64,000 nucleotides of DNA from Flavobacteriaceae bacterium. GTDB lineage: Bacteria > Bacteroidota > Bacteroidia > Flavobacteriales > Flavobacteriaceae. Location: NCBI GenBank assembly GCA_030835325.1, contig JAURPF010000160.1, forward strand, positions 45,024-109,023. The letters run 5' to 3'. Positions 50,484 to 60,746 of this stretch are shown here, one piece after another. How positions within the stretch are numbered: position 1 is the first letter of the stretch; every line of letters begins with the position of its first letter. The notes under the pieces are model-generated. The model was not told the origin of the DNA, did not search any database, and worked only from the letters and a program-made list of their open reading frames with translations. The position numbers and the translations under genes are program-made.

Positions 50484-50889
50484 TTTTCACTCAGAAGGTT
50501 CTTTTGAAATTCCTGACGCAGATGTTACAGCTTCATGGCTTAGTGCAATTATATCTCAAGAGCAGTATAACGAAGGTGAGGTTTCTATTGTGTTTTGTGA
50601 CGATGTATTTTTGCACAAACTTAACATGGAGTTTTTGAATCACGACACCCTAACGGACGTAATTAGTTTTGACTATTCTATTGGGAAAGAAATCCATGGA
50701 GAAATTTTCATTTCTATTGAGCGCGTACGTGATAACGCTAAAGAATATGGCCAAAGTTTCGAAAATGAGTTGTCTAGGGTGATGGCACATGGCATTTTGC
50801 ATTACTGTGGTTATAAAGACAAGACTCCATCGGATGCAAGCACCATGCGCTCTAAAGAAGAGTTCTATCTTCAACAACTGCCCAATTAA
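50476..50889 (+). CDS. ybeY: rRNA maturation endoribonuclease YbeY
   Basis: HDTLTDVISF, GEIFIS, HGILHYCGY.D. Confidence 0.95.
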   Translation: MISFHSEGSFEIPDADVTASWLSAIISQEQYNEGEVSIVFCDDVFLHKLNMEFLNHDTLTDVISFDYSIGKEIHGEIFISIERVRDNAKEYGQSFENELSRVMAHGILHYCGYKDKTPSDASTMRSKEEFYLQQLPN

Positions 50890-50902
50890 TTTTCTAAAGC
50901 CT

Positions 50903-50910
50903 TATATTTG
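50903..50910 (+). promoter_or_regulatory. -7 promoter box (TATATTTG) for mnmG
   Basis: TAnnTTTG match upstream of the parS site and the mnmG ATG. Confidence 0.7.
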
Positions 50911-50926
50911 CAATTGCAAAATGATT

Positions 50927-50942
50927 TGTTCCACGTGGAACA
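50927..50942. promoter_or_regulatory. parS: parS centromere site (ParB-binding)
   Basis: Perfect 16-bp palindrome TGTTCCACGTGGAACA matching the parS consensus TGTTNCACGTGNAACA. Confidence 0.9.
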
Positions 50943-50957
50943 TAATAAACGTAATCA

Positions 50958-52829
50958 ATGTTTGATAAAATTTACGACGTCATAGTAGTTGGTGGTGGTC
51001 ACGCAGGAAGTGAAGCTGCCGCAGCTGCTGCCAACATGGGCAGCCAAACTCTGTTGGTTACAATGAACCTTCAAAACATAGCCCAAATGTCATGCAACCC
51101 CGCAATGGGCGGTATTGCCAAAGGACAAATTATTCGTGAAATTGATGCCCTTGGGGGGTACAGTGGCATTGTTAGCGACACCTCAGCCATCCAGTTTAAA
51201 ATGCTAAATAAATCCAAAGGTCCAGCAATGTGGAGTCCCCGAGTTCAGAGCGATCGCATGCGTTTTGCAGAAGACTGGAGGCTGTTGTTAGAACAAACCA
51301 AAAATTTAGATTTTTATCAAGAGATGGTTACAGGACTTGTCGTTGAAGGCGATGAGATCAAAGGCGTAAAAACATCCTTAGGGATAGAGATTCGAGCTAA
51401 GACGGTTGTCTTAACCAACGGAACATTTTTAAATGGATTAATTCATATTGGGGATAAGAACTTTGGAGGTGGACGTGCTGGAGAAAAAGCCGCAACTGGG
51501 ATAACAGAACAACTCATTGATCTAGGCTTTGAGTCTGGCAGAATGAAAACAGGAACTCCGCCAAGAGTGGATGGTCGTTCTTTAGATTTTTCTAAAATGA
51601 TAGAACAACCTGGCGATGCTGTTCCCGAAAAATTTTCATATTCAGACATCACCAAACCACTTAGCAATCAGCGCTCTTGTCATATGTCTTATACAAGTTT
51701 AGAAGTTCATGATTTATTAAGAGAAGGGTTCGATCGATCTCCTATGTTCAATGGCCGCATCCAAAGCCTAGGACCCCGCTACTGTCCTTCTATTGAAGAT
51801 AAAATCAACCGTTTTGCAGACAAAGACCGTCACCAGATTTTTGTGGAACCTGAAGGCTGGAATACAGTCGAATACTACATCAATGGGTTTTCGACATCGC
51901 TTCCTGAAGACGTTCAGTTCAAAGCCTTAAGTGCGGTCAAAGGTTTTGAAAACGTAAAGTTTTTTAGACCCGGATATGCCATTGAATACGACTACTTTCC
52001 TCCTACTCAATTGACACACTCCTTAGAAACCAAGTTGGTTAAGGGGCTTTATTTTGCCGGACAAATTAATGGCACTACAGGCTATGAGGAAGCAGCATCA
52101 CAAGGGTTGATGGCTGGAATTAATGCGAGTTTAAAAGTACAAGAAAAAGAGCCTTTTATACTGAAACGAAATGAAGCCTATATAGGGGTTTTAATAGACG
52201 ATTTGATTACTAAAGGCACAGAAGAGCCATATCGAATGTTTACTTCACGGGCCGAATACCGCACGCTTTTACGACAAGATAACGCAGACATCAGACTGAC
52301 TCCAAAAGGCTACGAACTTGGTATTGCAAGTGAAAAGCGTTTGAAACGTATGGAGGAAAAATTGTCAAAAGCTGATGCGTTTGTGGGGTTTTTTAGAACT
52401 CAAAGCGTCAAACCAGAAGAAGCAAATCCAGTTTTAGAAAGTAAGGGTTCACAACCGATTCGCCAGTCTGACAAAATGTTTAAAATATTCTCAAGACCCA
52501 ATATTGACATTGCCGATGTTCGAAAATTCGAAGCTGTTGAAGCTTATATACAATCTAATGATTTGGACAGTGAAGTGATTGAACAAGCTGAAATTCAAGT
52601 GAAGTATTCTGGATATATAGCCAAAGAAAAAAACAATGCAGACAAACTCACAAGACTTGAGTATGTGAAAATTCCTAGTGGATTTGATTATTCTCAAATC
52701 AAATCCATGAGTTCTGAAGCGCGCGAAAAACTTAAAAAAGTACAACCCACAACAGTTGCGCATGCTTCTCGTATTAGCGGGGTTTCTCCGAATGATATAT
52801 CGGTGCTACTGGTTTATATGGGGCGTTAA
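50958..52829 (+). CDS. mnmG: tRNA uridine-5-carboxymethylaminomethyl(34) synthesis enzyme MnmG (GidA)
   Basis: GGGHAGSEAA, MSCNPAMGG, GPRYCPSIEDK, GQINGTTGYEEAA. Confidence 0.98.
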   Translation: MFDKIYDVIVVGGGHAGSEAAAAAANMGSQTLLVTMNLQNIAQMSCNPAMGGIAKGQIIREIDALGGYSGIVSDTSAIQFKMLNKSKGPAMWSPRVQSDRMRFAEDWRLLLEQTKNLDFYQEMVTGLVVEGDEIKGVKTSLGIEIRAKTVVLTNGTFLNGLIHIGDKNFGGGRAGEKAATGITEQLIDLGFESGRMKTGTPPRVDGRSLDFSKMIEQPGDAVPEKFSYSDITKPLSNQRSCHMSYTSLEVHDLLREGFDRSPMFNGRIQSLGPRYCPSIEDKINRFADKDRHQIFVEPEGWNTVEYYINGFSTSLPEDVQFKALSAVKGFENVKFFRPGYAIEYDYFPPTQLTHSLETKLVKGLYFAGQINGTTGYEEAASQGLMAGINASLKVQEKEPFILKRNEAYIGVLIDDLITKGTEEPYRMFTSRAEYRTLLRQDNADIRLTPKGYELGIASEKRLKRMEEKLSKADAFVGFFRTQSVKPEEANPVLESKGSQPIRQSDKMFKIFSRPNIDIADVRKFEAVEAYIQSNDLDSEVIEQAEIQVKYSGYIAKEKNNADKLTRLEYVKIPSGFDYSQIKSMSSEAREKLKKVQPTTVAHASRISGVSPNDISVLLVYMGR

Positions 52830-52839
52830 TTAACTTTAT

Positions 52840-52855
52840 TGTTCCACGTGGAACA
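52840..52855. promoter_or_regulatory. parS: parS centromere site (second copy)
   Basis: Identical palindrome TGTTCCACGTGGAACA between the mnmG stop and the next ATG. Confidence 0.9.
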
Positions 52856-52861
52856 CAACCT

Positions 52862-53716
52862 ATGAAAGGAGACAAGCAATATCTTAAACTAAAAGATTAT
52901 TCAGTAAGCGGAGAGTCTTTTGAACTGCTTTATGATGCATCTAGAGAACTGCTTTACACCCACCCCAAGCCACCTCAATCCAAACTTTCGAATTACTACC
53001 CAAACACAAATTATATTTCTCACACCAATCAACGAAACTCTCTTTTTGATCTTCTATACCACGTTGTCAGATTCGTTTCTGTGCGTAGAAAGCTCCGACT
53101 TTTAAAACCCCATCAACCCAAACAAGGAAGACTGTTAGATATTGGAGCTGGCACAGGATATTTTTTAAGAGCGGCAAAAAAAAGAGGATGGTTCGTTATG
53201 GGTATTGAGCCCAATTTGTCTGCACGAACCCTTGCAAATCTAAAAGCTCCCAATACTGTTTTTGACGCCGAAACTTTGCAAACACTTCCCGAAAAATCGT
53301 TTGATGTGATTACGCTATGGCATGTGTTGGAGCATTTGCCAAACTTAGAAGAAGACGTTAAAACATTCCAAAAACTTTTAAAACCAAATGGCCGTATTGT
53401 GGTAGCAGTGCCAAATTTTCAAAGTTTTGATGCAGATTATTTTAAGGCCTATTGGGCGGCATATGACGTTCCAAGACACTTGTGGCATTTTTCACAGAGT
53501 GCGATTTCAAAGGCTTTTTCAAAGGTTCAAATGGAAACAGAATCTACACGTCCTTTAGTCATGGATGCTTATTACGTTAGCTTGCTTTCTAATAAACTAA
53601 AAACAGGGTCTTATAGAATTTTAAATAGTTTGTGGATTGGATTCCTTTCAAATTTAAAGGCCGTAAGGTCTGGAGAGTATTCGTCACTTATTTATGTCCT
53701 TAAAAACAAGAATTAG
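52862..53716 (+). CDS. Class I SAM-dependent methyltransferase
   Basis: LLDIGAGTG, FDVITLWHVLEH, VAVPN. Confidence 0.9.
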   Translation: MKGDKQYLKLKDYSVSGESFELLYDASRELLYTHPKPPQSKLSNYYPNTNYISHTNQRNSLFDLLYHVVRFVSVRRKLRLLKPHQPKQGRLLDIGAGTGYFLRAAKKRGWFVMGIEPNLSARTLANLKAPNTVFDAETLQTLPEKSFDVITLWHVLEHLPNLEEDVKTFQKLLKPNGRIVVAVPNFQSFDADYFKAYWAAYDVPRHLWHFSQSAISKAFSKVQMETESTRPLVMDAYYVSLLSNKLKTGSYRILNSLWIGFLSNLKAVRSGEYSSLIYVLKNKN

Positions 53717-53942
53717 CGTTTTAAGGCGTTTTCAGAGACTTTTTCTGACAAACCCCTAATATTACCTTCTGCCTTTGTGTTTTGAGATTTAACCCCTATC
53801 TAGATAATTTAAAGTCAATAGTTTTTACCAATTAAACCCAGCCATCTTGATAGTTTTTTGTTATAATACAACTCCACCATTTATTTTCACAATTTTGTAA
53901 TTAGTTTTTTTACTTTTGCTTTCACTAACAAATTAAATCATC

Positions 53943-54458
53943 ATGAAAAAATTAGCGGTAGTATTTTTAACGATTATAAGCCTTGCAGCCTGTCAACAAC
54001 AAAAAATAGGTTTTGTGGACAATAGCGTACTCATTAATGAGTATCAAGAACGTAAAGATGTTGAGGCCAACTTAAACACAAAAATTGAAGCCTTTAAAAC
54101 CCGAACAGACAGTTTACGGTCTGCTTTTGAATTGGAAATTAAAGAGGCGGAATTGAAAGCAAGAAAGATGTCGCAATCTGCAATTCAGAAACTTTCTCAA
54201 GAACTTCAACAAAAAGAACAACTATTGTCTCAACGCGTTCAGTTTGAACAACAGCAAATAGCTCAAGAAAGTCAAAAACTAAATGATTCTATTATTAATA
54301 GAGTTAAAGCGTTTGTTCAAGATTATGGTAAGTCAAACAACTATAATTTTATTTTAGGGAGCAATGAAGCTGGAAGTGTTTTGTATGGCGAAGATGCGTC
54401 AGACTTAACTCAGGAAATCTTAAAGGTCTTAAACGAAAATTACAGTCTTAAAGACTAG
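53943..54458 (+). CDS. OmpH/Skp family chaperone, probable lipoprotein
   Basis: LAAC lipobox, KIGFVD, coiled coil, C-terminal LY....DLT..IL..LN. Confidence 0.88.
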   Translation: MKKLAVVFLTIISLAACQQQKIGFVDNSVLINEYQERKDVEANLNTKIEAFKTRTDSLRSAFELEIKEAELKARKMSQSAIQKLSQELQQKEQLLSQRVQFEQQQIAQESQKLNDSIINRVKAFVQDYGKSNNYNFILGSNEAGSVLYGEDASDLTQEILKVLNENYSLKD

Positions 54459-55582
54459 ACTTTCTTAAGGTGTAAGAGCCGGGTTAGTTTGATAGACAGA
54501 TCTGTTAATACAATCTTTGGATTTGCATTGCGCTCAATGTGGAAGCTTGCCTGTTCGATTTCTTTTGAAATTTCAGTAATGTTGGTAGCGTCTACAAAAG
54601 GCGCAAAGTTTTCAAATTTAAAAGAAGAATCACTTAACTGCATAAAAAACAGATCGTTTGCTCCATAATTATAAAGCATCGCTTGTCTAAAAAATCGCAA
54701 ACTATAGTCCAAAAATTGCTTTTGAATTTCGCGTCCTGCTTTGGAGATTTCAGCACTCCATGCCATCAGACTGTTTATTGACTGCTTGTTGCTTTTTGCT
54801 TGAAAAGCCGTTCGAACCCAAGTTATAAACCAGGCTTCAAATTGATGATCTTCAGGTTCCTGACTCAACAAATCTAACGCCCTACTATAACTTCCCTCCG
54901 ATTGGTGGGCTATGCTTTGAGCTAAGCCATCATCTGTATGAAGGGTGTTAATCAATGCGTTTTTTATCGTTTCTTCCGAAAGAGGATTCAAGTTCACAAC
55001 TTGACACCGCGATCGAATGGTATTAATGAGCTGCTCTTCGTCTTCTGTAACAAGGATGATTACCGTTTTATCCGCAGGTTCTTCAATTAGCTTCAGCAAT
55101 TTATTGGCACACATGGAATTCATCTTTTCCGCCATCCAAACAATGAGTACTTTGTAGCCTCCGTTAAATGCTTTGAGGGACATTTTAGACACGATATCAT
55201 TTGCTTCCTCAACTCCAATATTTCCTTGCTTATTGCCCACCCCAACCAAATCATACCAATCACTAATGGATCCATACGGATTGGTTTCTACAAAAGAGCG
55301 CCATTCGGTAAGATAGTTAGATGAGATTGGTTTTGATTTAACTTTGTCGCTGGTAGTCACAGGGTATACAAAGTGGATGTTTGGGTGTGAGAGCGGGTTC
55401 ATTAAACCAACCCCTTCATCTTGTTGTTTCATTAAATAATCCGCATAGGCAATTGCCATTGGGAGTGTACCAACCCCACGTTTTCCAACATAAAGTTGTG
55501 CATGTGGAATACGCCCAGAGTTTATACTCTGTATTAAATGTGTTTTTAAAAAATCTTGTCCTATAATATCCTCAAAAGTCAT
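54455..55582 (-). CDS. holB: DNA polymerase III subunit delta'
   Basis: F.DIIGQ, RIPHAQL, ANKLLKLIEEP, TIRSRCQ. Confidence 0.9.
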   Translation of the reverse strand: MTFEDIIGQDFLKTHLIQSINSGRIPHAQLYVGKRGVGTLPMAIAYADYLMKQQDEGVGLMNPLSHPNIHFVYPVTTSDKVKSKPISSNYLTEWRSFVETNPYGSISDWYDLVGVGNKQGNIGVEEANDIVSKMSLKAFNGGYKVLIVWMAEKMNSMCANKLLKLIEEPADKTVIILVTEDEEQLINTIRSRCQVVNLNPLSEETIKNALINTLHTDDGLAQSIAHQSEGSYSRALDLLSQEPEDHQFEAWFITWVRTAFQAKSNKQSINSLMAWSAEISKAGREIQKQFLDYSLRFFRQAMLYNYGANDLFFMQLSDSSFKFENFAPFVDATNITEISKEIEQASFHIERNANPKIVLTDLSIKLTRLLHLKKV

Positions 55583-55772
55583 AAAACAAAGATAGCAGAT
55601 TAAATTGAATCTGCTTGCGAAGTTGATCCCTTACCGGCGCTCAAAAACAATTAATTTTTGATATGTAATTTTTTTGTGGTATTCCCTTAACTTTCTTGAA
55701 CGGTTTTTTCCTAGGCTAAAAGAATTACTTACCTTTGATTTTTTATAAATTAACTCACACCATCTCGAAGAA

Positions 55773-56960
55773 ATGAAAACAATCCAGAATGTAAATTTTA
55801 AAAATTCTAAAGCACTCATACGAGTAGATTTCAATGTCCCTTTAAGTCCCCAATTCGAAGTTACCGATGACACTCGAATTGTTTCGGCAAAACCAACAAT
55901 TTTAAAGGTTTTGGAAGACGGAGGAAGTTGTATTTTAATGTCTCATTTGGGACGACCAAAAGCTCAAGAGCCTGAATTTTCATTACGTCATATTGTAAGT
56001 ACTCTTGAAACGATTTTAGGAGTTCAGGTTTTGTTTTCGAGTAATTGTATAGGAGAAGACGCTCAGAAAGCCTCAGACAACCTCAAACCAGGTCAAGTTC
56101 TTTTATTAGAAAACCTAAGGTATCACCCAGAAGAAACAAAAGGAGACCTTGGTTTTGCAGAAGCACTTTCGAAGTTAGGCGATTTTTATATAAATGACGC
56201 TTTTGGAACGGCGCACAGAGCTCATGCTTCAACAACCATAATTGCTCAGTTTTTTCCAGAAAACAAGTGTTTTGGAAGCTTGCTTGCTCAGGAAATAGAA
56301 AGTATTGAAAAAGTAATGAAAACGGGAGAAAAGCCTGTTTTGGCAATTTTGGGAGGCGCTAAAGTTTCTTCAAAAATTACAATTATTGATAATATTTTAG
56401 ACAAAGTAGATCATTTGATCATTGGTGGTGGAATGACATTTACATTTGTAAAAGCATTAGGCGGTTATGTTGGAGACTCTATTTGTGAGGATGATAAAAT
56501 GGATTTGGCACTTGAAATTCTTGAAAAAGCAAAACTTAAAAATGTTCAAATCCACATCCCTGTAGATGTATTGGCAGCCGATGATTTTAGCAATGAAGCA
56601 AACACACAAATTGTAGATGTTAGAGCCATTCCAGAAAACTGGCAAGGCTTAGATTGTGGTCCAAAATCTAAAGCGATATTTCATGAAGTTGTTCAAAAAT
56701 GTAAAACAATTTTATGGAATGGCCCCTTAGGTGTTTTTGAAATGGAAACATTTTCTACCGGCACAATAGCATTAGGAAACTCTATCGCAGAAGCAACTAA
56801 AAACGGAGCGTTTTCACTTGTTGGTGGGGGCGACTCTGTCGCAGCTGTTAAGCAGTTTGGTTTTGAAAACAAAGTGAGCTATGTAAGTACAGGGGGTGGT
56901 GCCATGCTTGAAAGCTTAGAAGGAAAAATCCTTCCTGGAATAGCCGCTATTTCTGAGTAA
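55773..56960 (+). CDS. pgk: Phosphoglycerate kinase
   Basis: RVDFNVP, SHLGRP, LLENLRY, DAFGTAHRAH, STGGGA. Confidence 0.98.
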   Translation: MKTIQNVNFKNSKALIRVDFNVPLSPQFEVTDDTRIVSAKPTILKVLEDGGSCILMSHLGRPKAQEPEFSLRHIVSTLETILGVQVLFSSNCIGEDAQKASDNLKPGQVLLLENLRYHPEETKGDLGFAEALSKLGDFYINDAFGTAHRAHASTTIIAQFFPENKCFGSLLAQEIESIEKVMKTGEKPVLAILGGAKVSSKITIIDNILDKVDHLIIGGGMTFTFVKALGGYVGDSICEDDKMDLALEILEKAKLKNVQIHIPVDVLAADDFSNEANTQIVDVRAIPENWQGLDCGPKSKAIFHEVVQKCKTILWNGPLGVFEMETFSTGTIALGNSIAEATKNGAFSLVGGGDSVAAVKQFGFENKVSYVSTGGGAMLESLEGKILPGIAAISE

Positions 56961-57012
56961 GTTTAGGGAAGATACCCGAGGATGGTACTAATAGGAACAA
57001 TGGTTATATAGA

Positions 57013-58497
57013 ATGAAATTAAGAATTTTTTTGTTTTTTTGTCTAGGAAGCACTGTTCTTATGTACAGTCAAAGCATTGACAGCTTAAACGTAGTTTCTA
57101 CCCCAGCGATTGATTCTGTTTCTTTGCCTCTTAAAAGCGTACAGAAAATGGAAGCCCACTGGTATAATGAAGCCTATAATAATTCCTTATACGATACGCT
57201 AACACCTGTTGTTTCCAACAATTCTTATGAAACAATTTATTATCCAGAATTACCAACGGATACACTCAAAAAAAGATTGGCAATTCTCGATGCCAAAACC
57301 CCTTTCAATATAGCATATAACCCCGCTTTAGAAAGTGTTATAAAGCACTATTTAAAGAGTCGCAAACGATCTACTGAAACCTTAATAAATCGAAGTCAGT
57401 ACTATTTTCCAATGTTTGAGGAAGTTTTGGACAAACACAACCTTCCATTAGAAATTAAATATTTGCCAGTTGTTGAATCGGCTTTAAAAGCGCGGGCAAA
57501 ATCAAGTGTAGGCGCAACAGGACTTTGGCAGTTTATGTTTTCTACAGGCAAACAATACGGGCTTGAAGTAAGCAGTTATGTCGATGAGCGTTGCGACCCT
57601 TTACGATCCACCAATGCTGCGGCTAAATACTTGGCGTCGTTGTATAAAACATTTGGTGATTGGGATCTTGCTTTAGCAGCGTATAATTCGGGCCCAGGAA
57701 ATGTTACAAAAGCAATTCGACGCTCTGGGGGCTATCAAAATTATTGGAACATTCGACCGTTTCTGCCAAGCGAAACCGCAGGGTATCTCCCCGCTTTTTT
57801 AGCAACGTTTTATCTTTTTGAATATGCAGATGCGCACGGATTTCAAGTTGAAAAAAATCAACTTCCAATTATTGCAACTGATACCATTCACGTCAAACAA
57901 ATGATCACCTTGGATCAGGTTGCAGAGTTTACAGATACCAAAATTGAAACACTTCAACACTTAAATCCTTCTTATAAGCTAGATATAATTCCCGTTTTGG
58001 AAACTAAAACTTACGCTCTTAGGCTTCCGCTTGCCAAAATCGGTGAATTTGTTCAAAATGAAACACAAATTTATGCAACTGCTAAAGCTGAATTTGAAGC
58101 GCGAGAGAAACCATTGCCTCAATTTTTTGAAATCGACTCTAAAATTATATATATAGTTAAATCAGGAGATTATTTAGGAAAAATTGCACGAAAATTTAGG
58201 GTCAGAGTAAGTCAAATTAAGAAATGGAATGGGTTGCGAACTAATGATTTAAAAATAGGGCAACGGCTGACAATTTATTCTCTAAACCCAACGGCTTACA
58301 GTTTTAATAACTCAAGGCCTGCTCCCAAAAATACTCAAAAAAACTCTAGTAAATCCACCTATTTGGTAAAGCCTGGCGACTCCTTATGGAGTATTTCAAA
58401 CAAATTAACAGGAGTTTCTGTCCAAAATCTTAAAGAATGGAATGATATTTGGGACAATCATTTAAAACCAGGGATGACCTTGATTATTTCTAATTAA
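57013..58497 (+). CDS. Lytic transglycosylase with two LysM domains (MltD-like)
   Basis: VVES, ATGLWQFM, AAYNSG; LysM repeats YIVKSGD and YLVKPGD. Confidence 0.92.
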   Translation: MKLRIFLFFCLGSTVLMYSQSIDSLNVVSTPAIDSVSLPLKSVQKMEAHWYNEAYNNSLYDTLTPVVSNNSYETIYYPELPTDTLKKRLAILDAKTPFNIAYNPALESVIKHYLKSRKRSTETLINRSQYYFPMFEEVLDKHNLPLEIKYLPVVESALKARAKSSVGATGLWQFMFSTGKQYGLEVSSYVDERCDPLRSTNAAAKYLASLYKTFGDWDLALAAYNSGPGNVTKAIRRSGGYQNYWNIRPFLPSETAGYLPAFLATFYLFEYADAHGFQVEKNQLPIIATDTIHVKQMITLDQVAEFTDTKIETLQHLNPSYKLDIIPVLETKTYALRLPLAKIGEFVQNETQIYATAKAEFEAREKPLPQFFEIDSKIIYIVKSGDYLGKIARKFRVRVSQIKKWNGLRTNDLKIGQRLTIYSLNPTAYSFNNSRPAPKNTQKNSSKSTYLVKPGDSLWSISNKLTGVSVQNLKEWNDIWDNHLKPGMTLIISN

Positions 58498-58511
58498 AAA
58501 CAATCCAATCG

Positions 58512-59489
58512 ATGAGACTTTATTTAAAAGCATTATGTTTAGTATTTCTTTTATCTGCTTGTGAGGACTCCAACTCAAAGAAAATTTATAAGCCACAATC
58601 TTCAGGAAACATCAATGAATTATCTGTGGTAATTGATAACGATTTATGGGAATCCTCTGTTGGTGAGGCGATTCGATCTACTGTTGGAGCACCTTTATAT
58701 GGACTACCTCAAGACGAGCCTCAGTTTACATTACGACAAATTCCCTCTTCAGTTTTTACAGGGTTTGTAAAAAACTCACGTCTTGTTTTAAAGGTAAAAA
58801 AAGGGGTTGCCGCCGCTACAAAATTCTATATAGATCCCTATGCGTCGCCTCAACAGATGGTGATGGTAAGCGGGATGACGAACCAAGAAATTAGGGATCA
58901 ATTTATAACAAATCAAGATAAAATCGTTCAGAGATTTAAAGCGCAAGAGATTCAAGAAAAGCAACGTCGAACAAAAAAAACGTTGTTTAATTCTACAGCA
59001 ATTAACAAGCAGTTTGGGATTAACATTCAGTTTTCATCGCTTTATCGCATTGCCAACCAAGTCGATAATTTTTGCTGGATCCGAAGAGATATTAAAACAG
59101 GGACAGTGAACTTGTTGCTATATACACTTCCTTATGATGACACTATCACAAACGAAGCACTTGCAAAACGAGTGATTACAGTGCGGGATTCGATTGGGAA
59201 GCGATATATTCAAGGACCGGTAGAGGGGAGTTATATGACAACAGAAAAAGCATATACCCCATTCTTTGTTGACACCAAAGTATCGAATTTAACAAGTTTT
59301 GAAACAAAAAGTATATGGCAAGTGAAGGACGCTTTTATGTCGGGCCCATTTATAAATTACTGGATAGAAGACAAAGCAAACAATCGCTACTTGATTGTAG
59401 AAGGATTTGTGTATGCGCCTTCAGTTGGAAAACGCGATTACGTTTTTGAATTAGAGGCAATTATTCGGTCGATAATTATAAAGCAATAA
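58512..59489 (+). CDS. DUF4837 family lipoprotein
   Basis: LSAC lipobox, GLPQDEP.F, MSGPF, EGFVYAP...KR. Confidence 0.8.
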   Translation: MRLYLKALCLVFLLSACEDSNSKKIYKPQSSGNINELSVVIDNDLWESSVGEAIRSTVGAPLYGLPQDEPQFTLRQIPSSVFTGFVKNSRLVLKVKKGVAAATKFYIDPYASPQQMVMVSGMTNQEIRDQFITNQDKIVQRFKAQEIQEKQRRTKKTLFNSTAINKQFGINIQFSSLYRIANQVDNFCWIRRDIKTGTVNLLLYTLPYDDTITNEALAKRVITVRDSIGKRYIQGPVEGSYMTTEKAYTPFFVDTKVSNLTSFETKSIWQVKDAFMSGPFINYWIEDKANNRYLIVEGFVYAPSVGKRDYVFELEAIIRSIIIKQ

Positions 59490-59561
59490 AGCCTGAAAAT
59501 TAAATAAAAGTAAAAAACTGAAGTTTAGCTTGACAAAGCAAAAGGTTTTTGAAAACCTTAT

Positions 59562-59747
59562 TTAATCTCTTTTATCTTCAGAGTCTTCGGCTTCTTCTTT
59601 ACTGGCTTTTTTGAATTCTTTAATTCCACTTCCTAAGCCTTTCATAAGTTCAGGAATTTTTTTTCCGCCAAACAACAGAAGAACGACAACCACAATTAAA
59701 ATAATTTGTGGAGCTCCAATAGCCAAGGGTAACATATATATGCTCAT
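59562..59747 (-). CDS. tatA: Twin-arginine translocase TatA/E
   Basis: [24 protein letters not shown]. Confidence 0.93.
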   Translation of the reverse strand: MSIYMLPLAIGAPQIILIVVVVLLLFGGKKIPELMKGLGSGIKEFKKASKEEAEDSEDKRD

Positions 59748-59868
59748 GAGGGTATAAATTTTAGATTACAAAGTTAATAATTATACTTTAAATAACGAGT
59801 TATTTCAAACTTTAGTCCGTTATAAACAGCTGAATCGCTTAATTTTTAATTAATTTTGTCCCAATACA

Positions 59869-60735
59869 ATGACACAAAAAAAAATAAATAAAAAAAAGCT
59901 CAAAAAAAAGCTGCTTGACAAATACCGCTTAGTGGTGTTAAACGAAGACACTTTTGAAGAACAAATCGCGTTTAAACTCACACGTCTTAACGTTTTTGTT
60001 TTGGGTTCTTTAATTGCAATATTATTGGTGGCGTTTACCACCGTTTTTATTGCGTTTACACCTATTCGCGAATACATTCCTGGCTATTCTTCCACAGCAC
60101 TTCAAAAACAAGCTTTGGAGCTGGACTTTAAAACGGATTCTTTATTGGAAGTGATTACAATGAATGACGCCTATATTAACTCTGTTAAAAGCGTATTGCG
60201 TGGAGAGGTTAGTGCAGTTGTTATAAATAAAGATTCTATTTTTAAAGCCGCTCAAGCAGATACAGATATTTTAGACTTAAACCCTTCAAAAACAGATTCA
60301 ATTTTGAGAGCGAAGGTGAGTAATGAGGATAAATATAATTTATTTGAAACCGCTACAGCGGTGAAAGATTTTGTGTTTTTTCCACCTGTAAACGGTTCTA
60401 TAAGTGCTGGTTTTGACACAACAGAAAAGCATTATGCGGTTGATATTGTCATTCCAAAAAACACCCCAGTAAAGGCTACCGCAGACGGACGCGTTTTATT
60501 TGCTTCTTGGACATCAGACGCCAGTTATGTGATCATTATAGATCATGGGGATGAATTGATATCTGTATATAAGCACAATTCTTCTCTTACGAAATCTCAA
60601 GGCGAATTTGTAAAATCTCGAGAAGTCATTGCTATATCTGGATCTTCAGGAGAGTTGAGTACAGGACCACACTTACATTTTGAACTTTGGAACAATGGAA
60701 TCCCTTTGAACCCCTCTACTTTTATTGACTTTTAA
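59869..60735 (+). CDS. M23 family peptidase
   Basis: HYAVD, Y.H, STGPHLHFE motifs; N-terminal TM segment. Confidence 0.92.
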   Translation: MTQKKINKKKLKKKLLDKYRLVVLNEDTFEEQIAFKLTRLNVFVLGSLIAILLVAFTTVFIAFTPIREYIPGYSSTALQKQALELDFKTDSLLEVITMNDAYINSVKSVLRGEVSAVVINKDSIFKAAQADTDILDLNPSKTDSILRAKVSNEDKYNLFETATAVKDFVFFPPVNGSISAGFDTTEKHYAVDIVIPKNTPVKATADGRVLFASWTSDASYVIIIDHGDELISVYKHNSSLTKSQGEFVKSREVIAISGSSGELSTGPHLHFELWNNGIPLNPSTFIDF

Positions 60736-60746
60736 AACAATCTAAA

